NCBI GenBank assembly: GCA_025558095.1
Contig: JAIVFI010000006.1
Span: forward strand, 682,001-746,000
Direction: 5' to 3'
DNA: 64,000 nucleotides
Origin: Hyaloraphidium curvatum SAG 235-1
Lineage: Eukaryota; Fungi; Monoblepharomycota
The notes beneath the pieces were generated by a model that was given only the letters and a program-made list of their open reading frames with translations, ran no database searches and was not told the origin of the DNA. Below, piece by piece: positions 57,026 through 64,000 of the stretch. Both the position numbers and the translations under genes were made by a program. Positions within the stretch are counted from its first letter, which is position 1; every line of letters starts with the position of its first letter.

Positions 57026-58532
57026 ATGACCGAGGAAGCAAAAGCCGACTTCCGCCCCGCGGAATGGCTCGCATTGTTCCCCGCGCCGGCACCCCCGCTG
57101 CGCTCGTTCGGGAATGTGTCTCCCGCGTTCCCCGACGACGCTCCTCGCGCGGCCGACCCGCTGACGCGCGACGGAATTCTGCGGGATGTCGACGGTGCCG
57201 CTTGGCTTGCCGCATGGCCCGCGTTGCGGCTGCACGCGGCCCTGCCGGGGTGGCACGCGGCCGCCTTGTTTGCCGTCGCAGGAGCGGCAGCGGTCGCCCT
57301 CCTCGGCATCGTGGTTCCGATTTCGGGGGCGCGCTTCGCCGCCAAGGACATCGGCATAGGCCTTGCCGCTGTCGTCTTCGTTTACGTCGCGAACGTGATC
57401 ATGTTCGCTGCCTACGGCCCTACAAACGGGTCGAATCTGCTCCGGAAGGGCCTGCTCGAGTTCTCTCCTCTCGGGGCTGTCTGCCGGTGGCTGCGCCTCG
57501 TCCGTGCTGCGGATGCGGACAACCCTTCAAAGGGCAGCCTGGACACTCTGGTGGACCACGTTCCCGGCGACGAGGATTGCGCATGTGCTTCATGCTGCGG
57601 ATGGTTGGAGAAATCCGGAGGCGTCCTGTCACTCGTTGACGTGCTCGTCAACGTCGTTATGACATGGGCTCTCTGCCTATTCACGGTCTACACGCCACTC
57701 GTAAGTTATGGTGGTGCAATCTGGTCCTCCCCGTACGGTGGCCTCCTCGGCTCGCTCTGCATTCTCGCCTGGGGCTCTGCGTTGCTATCCCAAATGGGAG
57801 CCCGGCCCCTGCTTGTGGCCAACGTTGCCTACACGACCTTGGAGCGCCGGCTGCATTGCCGAGCGGTGGCCGTGGCCATGGCCGACTTGCTCGGCCGTTT
57901 CCACGCCGCTGCGGGCGACGGCGAGGAGCCCCCCCGGCTCCGTTCGTGGCTGTACGTCAGGCTGCACTATCGTTTCGCCGCCATGTGCCGCTTCCGACGC
58001 CAGCAGGACATGCTCGTTGTCTCGCGGCTGTACGGCATGATGGAATTGCCAGGGGTGCTCGTCTTTACTGCACTCTATGCGGTCGGTGCCGTCATCTCCG
58101 CCGACACGCACGCGCTTGCTCACTCTTCTCGTCTTGCAGGCTGTCGGACGGTGCATCTCCGCCTGGCAGCTCGCCTACCTGGTCCATGCCGTCGTCTACT
58201 TCATCATAAACACCATCAACCTCGCCTCCCGCAACGCTCTCATCGACGCCGTGGCGGGCGTGTACACCGACGCGCAGCGGGAGCTCCGCGCGCTCTCGCT
58301 CTCTGCCGGCCCGGGCCCCTTGGCAGCGGAGCTCGCCCTGCACGACGCGACGATATCGTCGTTCCTCGACGTCTCGCGTCACCGCGCCCGGCTTTTCGGG
58401 TTCGTCGTCTCGTTCGGGACTGCAAGGACCATGCTGGTGACCCTGCTCACGGTCTGCGTGGCGCTGTGGACCGTGCTGCGGGCGTTCGGCGTGGGCGTGA
58501 CCCTGGAGAGCTTCTGCCCGTCGCAACCGTGA
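57026..58532 (+). CDS. Multi-TM protein, GRL/7TMIC-like family, paralogue B (intact)
   Basis: Intron 58082-58139; C-terminus HDATISSFLDVSRHRARLFGFVVSFGTARTMLVTLLTVCVALWTVLRAFGVGVTLESFCP. Confidence 0.75.
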
Positions 58533-58634
58533 GGGCGCAAAGGACCGACTCTGTGGGTAAAGTACTGTGGCCGGGAGGTGCGGAAAGCTGGAAGACAGGC
58601 TAGCAGTTCGCGATGCAAGATCGATTGAAACGGA

Positions 58635-60196
58635 TCAACTCCGCCTCGACACCCTGACCTCCAGCTCCCCCGCCGCGGGTGCCGACGTCAGGTACGTCCG
58701 CACGTCCAGCGGCCTCCCCCTCAGGAGGTCCTTCCTGACCAGCGCGAGGTCGAACGCCCGCACGACGTTGGCCAGCAGCACCCGCAGCTCGATCAACGCG
58801 AGCCCGGAGCCGATGCAGTTCCTCGACCCGCGCGAGAACGGAAGCCATGAGAACTTGACGTCCGCCTCCTTGATCCCCTTTTCCCCGATCCACCGCTCCG
58901 GGACGAAATGGTCGGCGTCGGGCCCGAAGACGGCCTTGTCGCGGGCCATCAGGCCGTTGGCAAAGGTGCACGAGACGCCCGGGGGGATGAATATCCGCGG
59001 GTCCGTCGGGTGCCGGAACCCGGGCTCGGGGACGATCCGGCGGGTGATGTAGAAGGTGGTCGGCAGCAGGCGGAGGGATTCGTTGATGACGGCGTTGATG
59101 TAGGGCAGGTCCTTGAGCATCTCGTTGGTCAGCAGGTCGGAACGCGTGATGTAGTGCTGCTTGGCGGCAGCGTCGACCTCGGCACGGAGGGCGGAGAGCT
59201 TCTCCGGGTTCAGGAGCAGCTGGTAGGTCGCGAACGAAAGCTGGTGCGCGGTGGTTTCATCGCCGGCGACGATGAGCATCTGAGGCAACCAGATGAGACT
59301 AACGTCTCTCGGATCGCGAGAGAAGGGCCACAAACCGTGCAGTTGACGGCCACCTCGTCGTCCGTGAGCTTGTCCCCTGTCTCCGGATCGACAGCGTCGC
59401 ACATCCTCTGGAGCAAATCCTCCCGCGGCCCCGTTTTGCCGCTGCGCCGGTCCTTGACCACCTTCAGCGAGTACCGCTCCATGAAGAGCGCTGACTCGAT
59501 GCCCTCCCGGACCGTTTTGACGTAGCGGTAGGCGTACGGCAGGAGCCGCCCCAGGAAGTTGGCGAACATCGAGGTCCGCACCATCCTCTCGGCGTGCTCG
59601 AGCACCTCCGAATGGCCCTGCTTAACCATCCCCCAGCGTTCCCCGAACGCGACCTCGCCGATGACGTCTCCCGTGAACAGCCCGTACATCTTCAGGATGT
59701 CCACCGAGCCCCCCGCGTCCGCGAAGCTTCCCAGCTTGTCTAGAAAGTCCCGAACGACCTCGAGCACGATCGGCTCAATCGAGTTGAGCGACCTTATCGA
59801 GAAGGCCGGGCTGAGCTTCCTCCGGAGCGCCTTGTGCTGGTCCGGATCGATGTGCGAAAAGAGCGACCGCGCGCCCTGCCTGTCGGCGCGGTAGATGGCC
59901 GGGTCCTTGGGCCAGCCGTTCTGCGCCAGCGCGGCCTTTGCGATTTCCGGGTCCGCCACGATGACCATGTTGGGCAGCGACCGCACGACGGGGCCGTAGC
60001 GGGCCACGTAGCCCTTTGCGGTCTCGTGCCGCTTGCCGCGGAACCCCTGGGCCAGCAGCACGGGCAGGCTGATGAACCACGTGTTGCTCCACCACGGCCC
60101 GGGGAGGTGCGACAGCGGGCTGCGGAAGACGGCCGAGAGCGTGCGGAGGAAGAGGAGCGTGGCGATGGCCAGCGCGAGGGCGGAGAGGAGCTCCAT
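58635..60196 (-). CDS. Cytochrome P450
   Basis: N-terminal TM + PGP, AGDETT I-helix, ESLR, PERW, PFSRGSRNCIG heme motif; one intron near 59280-59335. Confidence 0.95.
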
Positions 60197-60431
60197 GGCG
60201 CCCAGGAGGGGCGCGTTTTGCGGTCAACGTTGACGGAGAGACGCGCTTTTGCGGCTAAACTCGCGAGTGAGCGATCACAGGCGTCACCGTGTCAGGCGGC
60301 CGAAGCGAGAAACAGAGAGATTTATCGAGGGGACTCTAGTTCTAGCCGCGAAGCTGTCGTCCCGCCGTGCGCACTGCTGCGGCGGTGCCTCCGATTACAT
60401 CGCCTCCCCCCCCCCCCGGAAGCCTCGGGCC

Positions 60432-61446
60432 TCACGCCACCTTCCCGCCCCCTGCAAGGCCGTCCAACCACGTGGTCGCCCCCCGCCGCGCCAGCCTCTC
60501 GTCCTCCTCCGCCCGCACGTCCCTTTCGTGCCGGTCCCATGCCCTGTCCCACACCTTGAAGCACTCCTCCGGGGTAAACTCCTTCGCCTGCCTGCCGCAG
60601 AACTGGCAGCCGGTGAAGTGGACGACGGAGAAGGAGGCGTTGGTGCGGACGTAGCCGGGGGGTTTCCATGTTCTCAGCCCTGGCGACGCGGCGTGTGAGC
60701 GGGGTTTCCGAGGGTCGACCGGGCAAGCACCCACACATGTCGGGGCTGTTGAAGAGCATGTCCTCGAAGTGCACCCTCCGACGGTCCTCCACGGGCATGT
60801 GGCTCAGGATGTATATGAGGGCCGTCTGATCCTGGATCCAGAAGTCGTACCGCGCCCCGAAGAAGCCCCTGACCTCCGATGCCAGAGGGCCGTGGGGATC
60901 CGTCACGAATGCCCGGGCAATCTCGAGCTGCCTGTCCAAAAACCCTCGCATCCACGGCGTGTTGCGCAGCAGCAGCACGCCCGAGTTGATGCTCTGCCGC
61001 GGATCCGGCGCCGGACCGAACACGGCCGACGCGTTGCCCGCCACCACGAGGTCGACGCTTCTGGGGTACCTTCCCAGCGGCAGCGGCACTCGCACGTTCA
61101 CCACCATCGCATCGAGATCGGCAAAAAATAGCCATTCTGCGTTTGGGTGCAGCCGCATCGCCCGATGGAGCACGGCGACTTTGTTCCAGTGCTCCTTCAC
61201 CTGCGGGTTGATGTCCCCGTCGGCGCGGAACCCGTAGCCGTGCAGCCGCGCGTAGTCGGCGCGGGCGCGGACCGACCGCAGCTTCTGCTCCTCGCCGTTG
61301 GGAGTGAGGCAGCGATGCGGCGACAGCGCCATTACGGCGACCACCGACTGGTCGGGCATCGGGCCGGCGGCCCTGAGGCTCCACACGACAAGCGCGGGGA
61401 GGAAGACGCCGGCGACGAGCTTCCTCGGCGTCACATGGAGCCGCAT
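60432..61446 (-). CDS. GT34 glycosyltransferase (galactosyl/xylosyl/mannosyltransferase family)
   Basis: Type II TM, DYARLHGY, HWNKV, EWLFFADLDA, INSGVLLLRN..W, DQTAL; after an intron near 60678-60737, VVHFTGCQFC. Confidence 0.85.
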
Positions 61447-61796
61447 ATCCGGCTCTTGGAATGGGAAACCCCCAGGATGACTACTGGTGAGGCATCGCGG
61501 GCGTGGCAATTCAGGGACCAAACGCCAGGGATCACTCGATGGGTCTCCCGCCCAGGCAAAGGGCTCTCACGGTCTAGTAGCGCCCCGTTATCAACTATCG
61601 GCCCGTCAGTCCATTTTTCCGGTCGAACCCGCACCCATTGGAGCCATCGGTTCTCGCGTACGAGGACAGCGACCCGCAGTCAGATCAACATGCAAGTCAT
61701 TGAAGTAATGCTATCAAGCCTGTTGGCACCCCTTTTCGATGTTGTATTCAACAAACGAATGGCAACGACAGGCAGTGGGCGTGTACTCACTAGTAC

Positions 61797-63287
61797 TCAA
61801 AGCGGGATGGTCACCATCTCGTGCGACACGACGGGATTGGGCGTCCACGGATCCGTTACCGTGGCAATCTTGTCCGCCAACCACGCCGCGCACACTGCAG
61901 GGTCTTGGTACTCGCCCACGCCGTTGGGTTGGGCCCCGGGCCGGTATGGGGTCCGAGGGGCTGGGGGCTGCCCCTCCGTCGCCGCCGCACCGCGTTCCTG
62001 CGCTCCGGGAACCACGATCGTGAAGTTTGATGCCAGATTCTCCACGGTCACGCGGAACCACTTGGACGTGCCGACGTCTTCGCTGCGCTCCACCATCACA
62101 TCGAGACCCGGAACGTTGTACACCACGACGTCCCCGGGGGCAGGCGCCCACGTCCCCCCGGTGATCGAGTTCGGGTCCCCGCCGGGATACGTGAGCGCAT
62201 CCGAGTAGCTCCTTATCGCGGCGGTGCACTGCCCAGCGACCGAGGGCGCCGTGACCGAGTTCCCCAGGAGGAACTCGGGCTTGCCGATCGCCGGGTTGCG
62301 CGCCACCGCGAGGAATGCCAGGTCCCAGGTCCCGCCGCCGCCAAGCCTATACACGAGCGTCACCACGCCGTTGTCGATCAGGAACCCGTCCGTCGCGTGC
62401 GCGCCGCACTCGTTCATGCCCAGGATCTGCCGGTCCGTCGGGATGTACCCCCCGCCGATGCTCCAGCGGGTGATCAGGATGGGCGCCGCCATGGCATTGC
62501 ACACCTCGGCCGCGACGGTGTCCAGTGAGCCGAATGGCAGGAGGCCGCCGCCTATCGTGGGGATGGAAATCGGGCAGGCAAAGCCCGCGACGGGGGAGGG
62601 CAGCAGCCCCTGCGTGTGCGTCCACACGAAGGCGTCGCAGCACCAGGTGTTTGCCTGCTGGTAGCCATTGTCCCCGAGCAGGGAGACCATCTTGGCGGAA
62701 CCGCACTGCAACGATGGGCTCTTAAAGTGGGCGTACTGCCCCGCCGTGGCGCAATCCTCGCCGGGAGCGGGCCAGACGCACGCCGTGCCAGCTTCGTTGA
62801 GCAGGCACGAGGGATCGGCGTTGTCCCCGTAGAGCATCACGGGGGTTTGCACATCGCCGACGCAGGCGTAGCGCGGCGGCGTCTGAGGGACCTGTGAGCA
62901 CCACCCCTGCGAGCCATCGTCCCCGAAAGCCGCCAGATGCTCCTCGCCGCAGATCAGTGCCGTTTCGTTGGTGATGTCCGGCAGAGTGTGGAACGCCTGG
63001 GCGCAGTCCTCGAAGGTCGGGAACCACTGACAGTTGGTCCCGTCGGGCGCGTAGCAGGCCGCACGCTGGTGCCCAGCGACGCCGAGGTAGGCGACGGCCG
63101 CGGAGGGGGGGCCGGGGAGGCAGCCGTCCCACGGGGGCAGGATCACGATGCGCCTGTCGAGGGCGTGCGGCGGGGAACCGGGGGGATGGGGAATCGAGGC
63201 GCCGTCGCAGGCGTCGAGGGCCGCCGCCAGGGCCGCTGCCAGGGCCACCAGCGGTGCGAAAGCCGCGAGCGTTGCACGTCGCCCCAT
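61797..63287 (-). CDS. Secreted protein with two Cys/Trp-rich repeats
   Basis: Signal peptide; ACYAPDGTNCQW..CGEEHLAAFG..GWC and PSCLLNEAGTACVW..CGS..LLGDNGY..TWC. Confidence 0.75.
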   Translation of the reverse strand: MGRRATLAAFAPLVALAAALAAALDACDGASIPHPPGSPPHALDRRIVILPPWDGCLPGPPSAAVAYLGVAGHQRAACYAPDGTNCQWFPTFEDCAQAFHTLPDITNETALICGEEHLAAFGDDGSQGWCSQVPQTPPRYACVGDVQTPVMLYGDNADPSCLLNEAGTACVWPAPGEDCATAGQYAHFKSPSLQCGSAKMVSLLGDNGYQQANTWCCDAFVWTHTQGLLPSPVAGFACPISIPTIGGGLLPFGSLDTVAAEVCNAMAAPILITRWSIGGGYIPTDRQILGMNECGAHATDGFLIDNGVVTLVYRLGGGGTWDLAFLAVARNPAIGKPEFLLGNSVTAPSVAGQCTAAIRSYSDALTYPGGDPNSITGGTWAPAPGDVVVYNVPGLDVMVERSEDVGTSKWFRVTVENLASNFTIVVPGAQERGAAATEGQPPAPRTPYRPGAQPNGVGEYQDPAVCAAWLADKIATVTDPWTPNPVVSHEMVTIPL

Positions 63288-63562
63288 CTACGTGGTTGGA
63301 CTCGGGGATTGTGTCCTTTCTTGCGGGTGGCGGAAGGCGTCATCCCTCAAATTAGATTCGGGCGGGTTTTCGACAGCTTTGACCGAGATCTCGCAGTTCA
63401 TGTGGGAGAGTCCGTCAAGTACGACGCGAAACATCTCCAATTCGAAGCGGTCCGCACATTTTTTCTTGGGATGGCCAGTTTCGCCGATTGCGTGGGCCTA
63501 ATGTCAGCACCAGAACGAAGGCGGGGCCGTACATCGAGCCGTTTGTTGAATCCGCGATTCAT

Positions 63563-64000
63563 TCAATCGAGAGACAGAGCTTTGGCATCACCGACATCCA
63601 CCACGCCTTCTCCGGCAATGGTCCGTATCCAGTGCTTGCCGCCCTCGACCCACGCCTCGGCCTCCTGGAACCTTAGTCGTCGCGCTTTGCCCATGTACAG
63701 GCCCTTGGACGTCACCACCACGTCCTCCGGCCCGTGGACCTCCAGGATTCCCGTCCACCCTGGTGTTCCCCCGACCGAGAGCACCAGGTCCAGCCTGTCG
63801 CCCTCCGCCGACGCCGATTCGACCTGGTAGTCAATGTCGTTGGGCCTGACGATGGCCGCCTTCCAGAAGCGGATGTTGCCGAAGGGTTTTCGGAGGAAGT
63901 CTCTGGTGACGAGGTCCGCGGCGAGGCCGGCCTTGACGGCGCGGTCGCGCGTGCCCATTCCCGGCGATGCGCGATCCCACGCGTCGCTGGAGCTGCTGAG
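63563..64000 (-). CDS. Hypothetical protein (may extend beyond the window end)
   Basis: ORF 63563-63958 with coding-like GC3 bias; no recognised motif. Confidence 0.45.
   Translation of the reverse strand, partial: LSSSSDAWDRASPGMGTRDRAVKAGLAADLVTRDFLRKPFGNIRFWKAAIVRPNDIDYQVESASAEGDRLDLVLSVGGTPGWTGILEVHGPEDVVVTSKGLYMGKARRLRFQEAEAWVEGGKHWIRTIAGEGVVDVGDAKALSLD

Noticed and set aside
60405-60417. Poly-C tract
   Set aside because: A simple homopolymer in a 3'/intergenic region with no further structure.
58635-63287. CYP450 + GT34 + MATE-like genes as a secondary-metabolite cluster
   Set aside because: No backbone synthase is present in the window, and GT34 enzymes are Golgi glycan transferases, so adjacency alone is insufficient.
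1-64000. Hundreds of long overlapping or antisense ORFs rich in Arg/Gly/Pro (e.g. 540-1934, 21039-22910, 25359-27506, most of 48568-51345)
   Set aside because: These are shadow frames expected from high GC3; they overlap motif-bearing genes and lack domain signatures.
1-64000. Prokaryotic origin, operons, CRISPR arrays, rRNA/tRNA, intact transposons
   Set aside because: Spliceosomal introns occur throughout. I saw no repeat-spacer array, structural RNA, transposase/RT motif or terminal repeat, although tRNAs could be missed by eye.

Overview
This is GC-rich eukaryotic DNA, not prokaryotic. Genes are densely packed and split by many short (~45-70 nt) GT-AG introns with CTRAY-like branch points. 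Gene content (Vps10, PTR2, sideroflexin, CYP450, ACSL, FATP, lineage-specific F-box/LRR proteins) suggests an early-diverging fungus; a monoblepharid/chytrid such as Hyaloraphidium is my inference from style, not a search result. About 33 genes or gene remnants can be read. I saw no rRNA, tRNA, CRISPR array or clear transposon. Highlights: (1) two dispersed paralogues of a multi-TM family whose C-terminus resembles the 7TM ion-channel / gustatory-receptor-like (GRL/DUF3537) superfamily; (2) a spliced gene fusing a TFIIS central (Pol II-binding) domain to a chromodomain, possibly followed by a chromo-shadow-like module; (3) many bacterial-type genes (GH13 alpha-glucosidase, methylglyoxal synthase, transglutaminase-like, GST, hemL-like aminotransferase, DUF4082), some with introns, several clustered at 31-38.5 kb; (4) a Vps10 receptor with three luminal Vps10 modules; (5) a shared Cys/Trp-rich secreted domain at both window ends; (6) a decayed block at 13.7-18.5 kb. 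Exon coordinates were derived by hand and all family assignments are by motif recognition only.
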